Source: Bigelowiella natans CCMP2755
Taxonomy: Eukaryota > Protista > Cercozoa
Assembly: GCA_000320545.1 (NCBI GenBank)
Contig: ADNK01001186.1
Coordinates: 1-64,000, forward strand
DNA: 64,000 nucleotides
Direction of reading: 5' to 3'
The notes beneath the pieces are model-generated. The model was not told where the DNA came from. It saw nothing but the letters and a program-made list of their open reading frames with translations, and did no database searches. Shown piece after piece: positions 52,560 to 64,000 of the stretch. Position 1 is the stretch's first letter. Every line of letters begins with the position of its first letter. The translations under genes and the position numbers were made by a program.

Positions 52560-53429
52560 AATAGGGCGTGCATCCTCAGCCCTCTTAGCATAAGTTATGA
52601 AGTTATCACGAGATTCGATTTGATCAAAGATTAACACCAGCGCTTCCGACTTGAGCTTCCTGCGCTGGGGATCCATTCGAACATCTACTATCATATCTGC
52701 GGCCTAAAAATATCAAGAAAGTGAGCAAAGCTCTTGGATCAGGGAATTTTGCCTCCTCGCAAAATAACATGGTAATTCTCTGGCTGCTTTCAAACATCCC
52801 TACTCCTCCTCCTCCCTGAATTCTTACTTGTTGAAAGGAGCTCAGTGCGTTACGATGGTGACCGAGCGAGGCAAATGCCAACCCCAAGTTGTAAATGACG
52901 ACTTCTTGATGCTGAAAAGCATGAGTCTGCCATAGAAAACATGCAGCAGTTAATTCAGTAAGACTATTATATGCTGCGGTCGTAGACTGTCCGGGAGATA
53001 CATTCACGCACCTTCAGAACATCGATATATGTCTTCGCGGCTTGTGCGAAATCTTTCTGACTTAAGAATTCATCACCCTAATGATTTCAAATGTGGGGAC
53101 TGTAAATGGTTTGCGGCACTTGCGTCTTTCGCACAATGCGCCGCATATCGTTGATTACTACTGTACCCCTCTATGAGAAAAACCTGTGCGATGAGCCTGA
53201 GTACGTCTTCTGCATTTTGTTGGCCTTCCAAAGAATTATCGATACGATCCGCCCATCCTTCGAAGCCCCTTCCAATTTCACAGTCAAACATTTTAATCAA
53301 GAGCGGAGAGAGGGAGGGGGTGAGGGGGGGGAAGGGATACAAAAAAGGGCAAATGTGATCTCACGTGTATATGGCCAGCAGAGCGGCGAGGAGAGCAACG
53401 ATAGATCCCGTAGTGCTAGCTGAAGCCAT
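46750..53429 (-). CDS. ASPH: Aspartyl/asparaginyl beta-hydroxylase-like protein (signal anchor + TPR + 2OG-Fe(II) domain); multi-exon, 3' end approximate
   Basis: N-terminal anchor MASASTTGSIVALLAALLAIYT; TPR-like YNLGLAFASLGHHRNALSSFQQ; ..GVWTSTEQRSL; EDNENIADHG..WRQL; MEFSILASSSHLRPHCG-PSNHRLRLHLP; GKVLVLDDSYDHEV-WNESQEDRVVLLLDIWHP. Confidence 0.88.
47544..47607 (+). repeat. 32-bp perfect tandem duplication in an ASPH-like intron
   Basis: atatgtgcccttgaaacattcccatatccgcc x2. Confidence 0.93.
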
Positions 53430-54867
53430 TCGGAAGGAAGCGATGCCGCTAGTTCAAATCCGGCCTCTCCATTCTGCTTCTTCTCTCGTCACAAAGTACT
53501 CACGCCAGGCACACGTTATTTAGATCTATCGGACGACTCCACTGTTATTCCATGAGAGCTCCGGTTCCGTTTTCTTGGGACATTCTTCCGAAAAAATAAA
53601 TATAAATAAACCTTAGTCATCTGTGCGACAACTATCACATTTCCGTTTTTCGTGAGTGTTTTTTAAGGGGCCGTTTCTAAATCTAGGGGCCTCTCTTCGT
53701 CAGACGTACAATCTCTTTCGTCTGTAAACAGGTCAACTTTGCGCAGAATCCCGGAACAGAGAAATTTGTCAGTTTTTTTGGTTAAACAGGGGAAATAAGA
53801 TCTTATCAACATTTTTTTGTTAGTCATTATTTATGGAAGTCAATTCTAAAAAGTGATAAAAGTCATTACCAGCCTCTGATATGAAATTTATTGGCTGTTA
53901 CTCACCACAAAACACTTCAGGCAAACAAACTCCAAAACCTTACACACCCAAATACCGACGCCAAGAAAACCCAAAAAGGCCATCCATGAGTTAAATTGCG
54001 TCTGTGTTTTTTCTTGTGCGACAGACTTTTAAAGTGGGGGAAATAATTAGCTCAGGATTTCCCATCTTTTGATGTCGTTGCTTTTTATTTAAAGTAACTT
54101 GTTTGCTTACGACAGGTATTTATTGTTGGCTATGAGGTTTTATTGCTTCCAATTTTCCAGATAATTCCTTGAACACAATCTTACGTTCGAAACTTGCGGT
54201 TGCCTTGCCAAACCTGTCCTTTTCCCATCCTTTCAGACGCAGGATACCTTACAAAAGAGAGTTCGAATCTGAGAATGTATGTAATTTTACGGAAATTAGC
54301 AGAAGCGACATGATTTTTAATCCTCAATATTTTATTATACGGCCAACTTTCAAGTCAGGGGTGCGGCTTCCGAAAATTCGAATTGGGCGATAGTTCTCCA
54401 GAAATATTCAAAATAATCCTGATTCCTACTAAAATACACGGCAAAATAAACATTCATTTATCTGTCATCACGGAAATAAATCTGGAATTCACTGAATTCT
54501 TACTTTGATCTATTTAATTGCAGAAAAACACAACTGATTCCGCTGTAGTCCCCTGCCTCTACACCTGACGGAAGAGGTACCAGAGTACGCTGTAGTCAAG
54601 GGTTTCAGGGGGCTAAAGTAGAGACTAGAGTGGTATGCTCCTTTCCATAACCAAATTTAATGTGATTATCCTGAAAAAAAATGGAAAAAAGGCAAGAAAG
54701 CACGCTGACTGACTTCTCAGGCGGTCTCCCGGTTTTAACCAGCATCTGTTTTCCCCCCCAAATTGTACATGCAGGGGTCGTGTAGTGACATATTATTAAA
54801 GTGCTGGAGCCAAAACGAACGGCATAGAACTTGAGGGCACCGGAAGGAGGGTAGACGTGGCAAGTGG
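53430..54867. promoter_or_regulatory. Divergent promoter interval (ASPH-like / MYB)
   Basis: AT-rich, microsatellite-free, normal TA content. Confidence 0.55.
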
Positions 54868-55687
54868 ATGTACCTCCTCCCAGCGAATCAACGGAAGGAT
54901 GTCCTTCCTCCTAGAAGCACGGTAAAAACAGAATCATTGAATCCCAGAGAAATTACTCCTTCGACCCCATCGCCGCCCTTGCCACTAAATTCTATTCGCC
55001 AGAATGCGCATCCATTGGAAGCGCTTATTAAAGCAGCACAAGAAAAGGAGCACGAGTTCGATCATGGTTTCGATGGTGAGAACCAGGGAGTCAGGCATAA
55101 CGGGCGAGTAGTTAGCGGAAACAAGCGACGTCGTGAAGAGGATAAAATAATGAGCAATAAGCTCCAACGTGAGCTGAAGGAACAGATTTACAACCCAAAG
55201 GAACAGCAGCAGAGTACCCACATCGTAGTGGATCAGGCTGACGAAATACTGAAACTCAAACAGGAAAATGAGCTGTTGCGTCGTCAAATGGGTCTCCTTC
55301 CACCTCAGCGGCTGAAAGCAACGAGACAGGTAAATGGTAATAACTCCAGCAGCAGTTCTAGCTGCAGCAGCAACACCACAGCGCAGGCAGCCGCTTCAGA
55401 TGATGGGACGAGGTCTACGATGCGCGGCGAGGGTGATAGCAAATGGCCGAGCGGGAAAACTTCTAATGTAATAGAGAGAAATGGCAGGAAGAAAAGTGTT
55501 GCGGCGTCCAACGAGAGTAAGGAGGGATTCGCTGCAATGGGGGGGGGTTGCAGCAATGATGGTGGCGCTAACGCAGTAAGAAATTATGATCTACATCACG
55601 ACCGAAGTGGCGGCGAAGCCAACAGAAAAAATACTTATAGTAGTAGTAGTAGTAGTAGTTGTTGTAATAGTAGTGGCAGTAGTAGTG

Positions 55688-55726
<39 letters not shown>

Positions 55727-56034
55727 CAAATGCAGGAGATCCGCCGCCTCCGAAAAAATTAAAAACAGCAGTCGCGCGGAATGGCAATGCAATCCAACAA
55801 AGTGCCAGAAGTCGTTCTCCTCCTAATTCATCCCCCTCCCCCCACCTGCTCCCGAATCTCACGTCTGCGGCCACAATGGTCTCGCAGCATGATAATAGAC
55901 ATCTGTATCGCCACCATCATCAGCTGCAACACCAACATCGGGCCCTTGTGGGCAATTACGCTACGATGACGACGGGGCAAGAAACGATTTCTCGAGCAAG
56001 AAGCAGTGCCGCTACGACCGCCTCTACTCTTCCC

Positions 56035-56066
<32 letters not shown>

Positions 56067-56681
56067 GACGCTGTTACCATCATCTAATCCCGCAGTGAAC
56101 CAAAAACTTGCGGCAGCAGCCTCCTTGCCAAGCATACCACGACTGCCTGCCCTTTCTCTTCCGTTTCTTGCGTCAGCAGCAGAAGGGAGGAGAAGCGTCG
56201 ACCGCAACTTCGCTCTCCACCGGCACCAGTACCAGCTCACTGCTGCAGATGCGAATACCACGATAACAATGTCGGCTATGGGTGGTGGCATAAGAGGGGG
56301 GCAGATGGCAAAGGGGGGGCTCCTGGCCATATCATCGTCGTCGTCGTCGTTGTCCTCGTCTTCAAACGCAAACTACCAACGCCAAAACCTCGCCCTCCAT
56401 CCCCATAGTGCCCTTCATCAGCAACCGCAACCGTCGCCAGCGCGGCACTTGCTGGTGCGCCCCCATACCTACCATTATCAAAAGCAGCAGACGACGCAGC
56501 TGCTTCGCCCCCCTCCCCTACCATGCTCTTCCGCATCATCCCCGAGCGGCAACCCCACAAATTCCAACGGAGCTGTGGTAAAGGCCGAAGGCGGGCTGCT
56601 GTTCTCCCATGATGGCGTTTACGATATGGGGGGTCATTGTGGTGGCAACAGCATCGGTAGTAATGCGAACCCCTACCTAGC

Positions 56682-56716
<35 letters not shown>

Positions 56717-57735
56717 TGATGATGATGATGATGATGGCAGGCGGGGAGGGCGACCTCGGCCAGATTCACTCCATCATGTCGCCAACCAAGAGACGGCGAG
56801 TGAGGGAGCGAAAACCGTGGAACGAAGAGGACGACGAGCTCCTCCACAGCATCGTCAGTCAGCACCCGGACAAGAAGAGGATTAAATGGGCCGGCGTGGC
56901 GAAGTTCTTCCCTGGCCGCATTGGGAAGCAGTGCCGCGAGCGGTACCCCACGTAGAAAGAGGAGAGTGATCCTAACCCCGCAGGCAGCCTTCTTTCTTTC
57001 GCGCTATAATCGCATAGAAAGCGTAGCGAGAGGGTGCCATCCTAGAGCTAGGGTCAGTGGTGGTTCTCATATTCACCACGGCGACCCCTTTCTTTCCTCC
57101 ACATATCGATCGATCTCTATCTAATATGCATACTCCTACGAGGCGGCTGTCATAAGGGGCCGCATTGACACTCGCAACCAATGTAACCGATATTTATCCC
57201 CCCCCCCCCCCCCGCCCCTCTCCACCATCCATCCATCAGGTGGCATAATTTGCTCAACCCAACCATAAAGAAGGGGCCGTGGGGCAGCGACGAAGACAAC
57301 ATCCTCATCGAGGCTCATCAGCGGCATGGAACAAGATGGGCTAAAATCGCCAAGCTTCTCCCCGGCAGGTGTGCGGATCGTTTGCATCTTTCAGAATATG
57401 CTAACGACGATTTCTTGTCCCCCACCCCACCTTCGCCTTCACTGCTATATTCATTAAAAATTGTCGGAAGCTGCCACCCGTCATATCACACTATGCTACG
57501 TTGCCTTATGCTCGTTAGAACGGATAATGCCATTAAAAACCGATGGAACTCGACCATGAGGCGGGTGGCTCTACAGCAAAACCAGAAACAAACTGGGAAG
57601 AAAAGTCGTAAGGGTATTCTTACTGTTTTTATCAATGATAGTAGTAAATTTTAGTAATAGTAGCGTCCATAATCTTCCTGCTGTTTTTATTCAATTTTTG
57701 GGCGGCAATCAATGTTGACTACTAGCACACACGTA

Positions 57736-57776
<41 letters not shown>

Positions 57777-57970
57777 CACGTTAATTTTATGCCAACTACG
57801 CAGCGAATAAGCGGCTTTACTGGTATTGCTGGAGCATTGTACAGAAGGGCAATGAAAGGAGCGTCTTCCCGGGGGGCTGCAACTACGACAATGCACAGGA
57901 CGATGGTTATAATCCTACCCAGGAAGGAGGAGGAGGAGGAAGAGAGGGGGTGGCTCCACAACAGCAGTAG
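54868..57970 (+). CDS. MYB: Two-repeat (R2R3/c-Myb-like) MYB transcription factor with a long low-complexity N-terminus; 3' end approximate
   Basis: PWNEEDDELL..WAGVAKFFPGRIGKQCRER|WHNLLNPTIKKGPWGSDEDNILIEAHQRHGTRWAKIAKLLPGR|TDNAIKNRWNSTMRR, joined across GT-AG introns. Confidence 0.93.
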
Positions 57971-58172
57971 CAGCTCGGTTCGTGGTGTATGACATTATGG
58001 AATACATATCCACAACGACGCCTTCTTCCCTGCCCGTTTCTTGAATATTGATATCTTAGATGCTCGATACTAGTTCTGTTCATACGTAATAATACCCTCT
58101 TCCTCGTTGATTCGTTGGGCGAGTCGCTTCTACTCGACAGCTAAATGAGGGGTGCCCTGTGTGTGTGTGTGT

Positions 58173-58221
<49 letters not shown>

Positions 58222-58559
58222 CGTTTGCGTGCCATTGTGCCTAGAGCAGCTGGTAGCAAATACAACTCGATATTAGCATTTTCACACTCGACTCATAAGA
58301 AGTTGAATCATTTTACGACACCGGACAAATAAAAAGTTCGTACTTCAATTTTGCGAGCGTTGTAGGAGCGCGGGGTTTCCACTATTTTTAAGAAATTTGT
58401 TTGGCACTTCCCCGCAATTATCATATCATTTTTCACCAAAAACGCATACGAGCCACCGGCATTCACGTTTCTTCCAGCCGCCTACCACTGGGTATTATGG
58501 CTCACATTGAGTTAGTGAGACTTATTCGTGACTTTTGTAAGCTGTAGCTATGAAGACAC

Positions 58560-59420
58560 TTTGAGGACTCGCTACGCCAGAATGGCATTGAATGTACATT
58601 AGATCGATTCCGTCATCGTCATGCGTCATCATCATCATCATCACTAGATCAATGCATCATACAATTTAGAGACGATGGATACCTTTCATATGTGTGCGCG
58701 TCTAGACAGATCTAGAGATCCCGGCACGGCTGCGCATGACAGCGGGTTGTATTACGTAGTGGCGGTCGTAGTGCTAAAGTGGGCTGCCACATACCATGCT
58801 AGCATGCAGCATTATCAGCGCTAGAGCGCCCTAGCTAGCTAGCCTGGTAGCTACGACGCGATGTGTGAGACGGATGTAATGAAATGTTCAAACGAACGAC
58901 GCGATGTGTGTACGCTGCGAAACGAGCCATACCCAGCACATAGCATAGCTAGCTAGCTCGGAAAACGTTATGTCATTATGCCACTGCATCGCTAGATCGC
59001 GCATGTGCAGTATTATTAGAGTAAGTCGCCCATCGCATTGCGCTAGTGCTAGATTATTACTGATGACATATAAACTGCAGCATGTAGCATCGCATCGATA
59101 CGATTTACACACGCGCACGTATGTGCATGTACATGCATGCGCGGTAAAATAGCATTTCCAGACTTAGTCAGCCATACTAGCTAGCTAGTATAATAAGTAA
59201 TGAAGATGCATAGCGATGAAATGAGCATTGAAAAATATAAAAAGGTATCATCTCTCGATCGTATCGCGCTGGTTGCTTCATCTGGCAGCTATGCTAGCGT
59301 CATTATTTTCTGGTCTAGTGCTAAAGTGGTGATAAATTGTTCACCCTCGCTAGCTCATGAACAATTGCGCATGATTCCTTTAGTGCACCGTATCGCTTTA
59401 CCTTGCACTTAATAAGCTCT
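58560..59420. other. TpA-depleted/CTAG-rich island 7 (partial conversion), between the convergent MYB and 6-Cys gene 3' ends
   Basis: gctagctagc arrays and a mixed (YR)19 tract at 59106-59143. Confidence 0.8.
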
Positions 59421-59463
59421 GCAAGAGTTGATACTCCGTCTCTGCTAGGTCACAATGTTTATT

Positions 59464-61064
59464 CTACTTTGACAGTAGTTTGCCGTACGCATCGTAAGCT
59501 GCTTTGAGTGGTGAACCCTCTGCAACAATAGAAAATCCAGGAAATCACTTTAAAAAAGATCCAAAGCAAATCTCCCGCACCTCAGCACCCCGCACACACA
59601 ACACGAAAGCACAAAAGCAGACGTAGCAGAGTTAAAATTCTATGCGCTGGTGGATGCGCATAGCTACTTACTTTGTTTCTCTAATCTTGAGAAGCCGTTG
59701 TCAGCGGGCATTATGTCATCTGCTACGACTTCCTGTATTGTATTGCAGCACAGATAGAAGTGATGGGAATCGTCGTAATACTGTGGAGCTACCATCCGTC
59801 AAATTTTGAAGACTACAATTATTATTTTCTATAGCATATTACATGCAAACATTATGAATATCTTGCACTTGGCGCTCGCTCGTGGGGGCAGTTAGCGTAA
59901 CAATGTACATGAAACGGTAGGCGTTGTTGCATGCAGCTGTGCCATGGCATTTTGTTTTTCGCTTTTGAGCGAATACACTGCATCTTGCTATGCGATTACC
60001 TGCTCCGTTGGTGGTTCCCCAGCGCAAAATTCTGCACACTAATATTCAACCCAAAAACGACCAAACAGAATCAATGGTCCTGGTTGTACGTTACATTAAA
60101 TTGATTGGCACATCGGCCGCTTTGCACCTTCTTTCTTCTTTTTTTCCCCTCTTTCCCTCCATCTCCCCCCCCCCCCTCTCTTTTAGAATTACAGTGGGAA
60201 GTAACCTGCGTTTTGCAATAATCCCCACTTTTTGGCGCAATCGCGGTGCACTCCTTCAATTTTCACACAATTAACACCGTTGCAAAGAATTTGATCGTAA
60301 ATATGGAGTCATGAATAATTATCAACAGCAAGCAGACGATGGTGAGATTGACAATACTTCTGGCATATGTATTAAACATATTCATGAAGGGGTTGTTGTG
60401 ACTTTATTTGTCTGGGTTATGCACGTGATTTTATTGCGACAGACGCTGTCACTATCAAGGTTCATCGATGGAAAAACGGGTTAAGTAGGATTTTTCCACC
60501 TTGATGCATTGCTTCAAACAGTCGGGTATATCCGTCCTGTCTGCCCGGGCCTTCGTTACCGAACTCACGGCTATGAACAAGTAAGGAACATTTCCGCCCC
60601 CATAATTATAAACATGGGTGACAAAGTAGTAGGAAACTGACGGACATAATGCTTATGGTGTGTGCAAGCATCACCTTGAGCCACAACAGTAGCGATCGCT
60701 GCGTTCATTAGGGAACGCTGTTAAGGGGGAGGGGGGGGTGGGAAGTTGTCAATCTTGGAAGGGAGCAGAGGCAGCACAACGACGGTCGTACCCGTGACAC
60801 TGACGATGACGATCGAGTACGATGATAGTCCATAGGCTTCTCTATATTGGCGAAAACGTGCACCTCTTTGTCACTTATGGTGCTGCGACGACCACTGCCA
60901 TACGATGTGCGGCGAGTTCCTCCAAGGCCCCAAGCCCTGGGTTTCATCGCAGCAAATACAGGAGAGACTCCCGAACGTCGGGCTACATTCATGGCAGCTC
61001 CACTGCATTGACAGGACCAGTTCAAGAGCGTGATCGCAACGAAAGCGTACTGGGCCAAGCGCAT
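59464..61064 (-). CDS. Small plastid-targeted, probably thylakoid-lumenal protein with a CX3CX3CX10CX3CX3C motif; multi-exon, function unknown
   Basis: Phase-compatible GT-AG exons give a signal peptide (MRLAQYAFVAITLLNWSC), an Arg/Ser transit region, hydrophobic SYSIVIVSVTAIATVVAQAVSS, then KARA|DRTDIPDCLKQCIKECTAIAPKSGDYCKTQCAEFCAGEPPTEQEVVADDIMPAEQRLLKIRET..GSPLKAAYDAYGKLLSK*. Confidence 0.7.
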
Positions 61065-61649
61065 GGTTGGGTGGGGGGGTTGTTACGAGCCTCCCTTTAA
61101 ATTTGGGATGGGCAAGAAATCACCCCGAAACTATCCTGGATAATGGTGCGTTATGTATTTCGCAGTAGAATTTTATTTTTGGATGTTTTTACGATGCACT
61201 CCTGGCCGTATATCCATTGGCCAATGAAAATAATGAAATTAGAAACTAGAGAAAATCAGCCGAGCTACGATGTCGCAGCAGTGAAATCCTCGAATATATT
61301 GAAGCCTACGAGAAGAAGAAGAGCAACGCTCCCAGCGTTCTTGGGTACTCCCCCAGGCTATTTTTTTATTAAGACAGGTCATTTCGCTATGAAAATTGGA
61401 AAATTAGCCTGGATTTAATTGGGATTTCCGGGTGGTAATGATCATAATTATCCCTCGGCCGAAGATTATGACTAACAGGAAGATTAAAGCCACACGCGCA
61501 GCGCCGCTCCTCGACCAAGAGCTTCCTCCATTCTAGCTCCCCTGTAAGTAAGGACGCAGCGCTTTGGGATATCACGGCTTTGAGCGAATTGACCGAAAGT
61601 GGTCGCCGTTGAATCGAGCAGCGGATATCATCGAGACCCTTTCGCGCTG

Positions 61650-62698
61650 ATGCTGTGGAGCCGCTGCCTCTTACCCATACTCGTCGTCGCTGTGACTCAT
61701 GATTACAGTGGAGGGGTCTGTGTTGGGGAGGAGGCTCACGTTTGCCATAACTACGGAGTTGCATCATCGACGACGAGGTTGGTGTCTCAGGCCGAAGAGC
61801 CCGTTTCTACCTGCTTGGGGCCAAATTTCCGAGTCCAATGGGAGCCTAGCTCTTTTCATCTCAGAGTTTCTCCATGTGCTTCCAACAGGTGGCGCCAAAA
61901 TTATCGGAATTAGTAGGCTTGAACATTCACTTCTCTATACCGCATAATCATTTCCCCAGTGTTATAAGTTGGTCTATCTCTCCTCAAAATCCTCCTCACG
62001 TGCATGCGTCGATAATGTTACCAGATGCGTCTTTCTCGAGGCTACCGCATTATTTTCAATTTTTTCAATCAAAAAAAGGATCATGAAGACTTCTACCACG
62101 ATACTGTGATGTCTGTATATTTCATAATGAACTACGGTACTGCATCTTAACTAACAAAGGAGTGACGGAACATCGAAGAACAAAACCATATGGGAAACAG
62201 TTGGAAGAGCGCCATTTTTAATAGCAGGTCGGTTTCGTCTGAGTCTTTTGAAATGACGATTTGAGAGATGGAATGTATTGAGAACACACTGGTATTTAAT
62301 CCGCGAATAACTATAATCATCGGTATCTTTCCGATTCTTGAAGGGAGAACTATATATCTCTACACGACACTCCTCGTCAATTTGCCCCCTACCCATCCCC
62401 CCCCCCCTATCCTCCTCACCGTATCGATATCCCTTCTCATTGTAACATAATAAACGTCCTAAAAGGACTCGGCGAATTCGAAATGGAGGAAGTTGGCATG
62501 GGATCGTTCCGGTCGAAGAAGGACAACCCTGGTCGTCTCACCGTTTTTCAGGTTTGCGACACGGAGGAGGGGGGGAGGGAGGGATGCAGGGTGAGTGAAA
62601 TGAGGTGGTCGTTGGAATGTCTCTATGCTGTTACCCATCGTAGTCAGCATACGCGTTGTTGTTTTCTCTGTGACGTTCCAATTCGACGCTGTAAAGTG

Positions 62699-62739
<41 letters not shown>

Positions 62740-64000
62740 ATATATTATTCTTCCGTGGGGTTTTCACTGATATCATCTGTTGATTTCCTGCTGCGTTGAC
62801 GACCTGTTCGTACTATGCCGTACTGAGTGGTCACACTGTATCATCTTTCCTATTGCTGTCGCATCTTGTTTTGCGCCTTATAGACGGTGGATCATGTCAG
62901 CTATAACGCCACAGCTCTCATCCTACGCGGCCGACTAAGCTTCCTACACCCCCGACGTGCGAGCCGCGGGAAGATCGATGGCACGAAGGAGGATGGGGGG
63001 ACGGGGAAGGACGCTTCCAAAGTTGGCAGATACAGCAACGATGAGGCCGATGGCGAGGAGGCCGTGAATGATAATGATGAGTCCGCTAAAATGAACGGTG
63101 AAATTGATTACATTCTATCGCTAAGCTGGGATGAAGAAGTGTCTCTCGAGCACCACCTTAGCATTAACGTCGAAATGGAGGGGGTGGACGGGCTAGCAAG
63201 CGGTAAGATCAGCCATGCGGTGCTAAGATACGCTTCGGACCGCGAGGAGTCCTTCTTTGGCCTCGGGGAGCAGTTCTCTCACTGGTAATCCGACTGAAAC
63301 AAAGGATGGCGATTTATTGTTTCGAGGATAGAAATTTGGACGTAGTTGTGATGATGCTGGCAACACGGTGTATGATAAACAACACACACGGTGCGCGGGT
63401 AAATGTCGCAGGGGCAGCAGGGGTTTTTCTCGTTGAAACAAATCAGATATGGCGGCGTCTTTGGAGACAATTGGGCTGCTGTTGTGCTAATACTGTTTTG
63501 CTTGATAGGGTGGCCATCACCATCATCACGAGTGTATTTATTTCCTTTCAGGAACATGAAGGGACGGAGACTCCCCATCTACGTGCAGGAGCAAGTCCTC
63601 ATTTTACTCGCTTCCTCATTTGTGTGAAATGTTAATGATCAAGTGTTGTAACGCCATCATGTAGGGCATCGGGCGGGGGCTGCAGCCGTTGAGCTTCCTC
63701 GCTGAGTTCGTCGAAACAGGAGCTTCAGGTAACGGGGCTGCTCTTATCCATCGTCAATTAACAACAAGACTATCATCACCGCCATCGTCATCATCATCAA
63801 TCATTACATCATGGCATTTCTAACAAAAATATCGTCTATCTCGCCCCCAACGGTTCTATAGAAGTTGTCCTCACTTCGCCCATCCCCCCCCCCCCCCCCT
63901 CCCCCCCTTCCATGCCAAAAATTAGCTTTCCTCACCAAATTATTGACCCGTCATCATCAGGAGAGTGGCACTCCTCGTACTCTACGATTCCGCACTACAT
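61650..64000 (+). CDS. Glycoside hydrolase family 31, YihQ/sulfoquinovosidase-like, with a signal peptide; continues beyond the window
   Basis: MLWSRCLLPILVVAVT leader; ESFFGLGEQFSHW | NMKGRRLPIYVQEQ | GIGRGLQPL matches the YihQ-type N-terminal GH31 motif (GxGEQFS..L.G..P....EQG.GR). Confidence 0.8.

Noticed and set aside
4620-59420. Contamination or chimeric assembly as the origin of the islands
   Set aside because: Seven islands are interleaved with intact genes, follow gene orientation and often have graded edges. Read-level confirmation is still needed.
1-64000. tRNA, rRNA, telomeric repeats, intact transposase or reverse transcriptase ORFs
   Set aside because: None recognised by inspection; tRNAscan/Infernal and TE HMM searches were not available.

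Overview
Gene-dense eukaryotic nuclear DNA, most likely from a chlorarachniophyte alga. The taxon is inferred from an EFL gene and plastid proteins with signal-peptide plus transit-peptide leaders. Thirteen genes can be supported, in order: AASS (LKR/SDH, 5' truncated), RNase Z, an ABCC/MRP transporter, a Sel1-repeat protein, Tctex-1, TCAIM-like, a purple acid phosphatase, chlP, EFL, an ASPH-like TPR hydroxylase, an R2R3-type MYB, a small 6-Cys plastid protein and a GH31 YihQ-like glycosidase (3' truncated). Most genes have many introns full of microsatellites. I recognised no RNA genes or CRISPR arrays. The main unexplained signal is seven intergenic islands in which TpA is strongly depleted (almost absent in the strongest ones) except inside CTAG, while CpG, CpA and TpG are abundant. 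Every island lies just downstream of a gene 3' end, and none lies in a divergent promoter. This looks like a region-targeted TpA->CpA/TpG/CpG (A:T->G:C) hypermutation or base-modification system running opposite to fungal RIP. Exon boundaries and TpA counts were done by eye, so ends of spliced genes are approximate.
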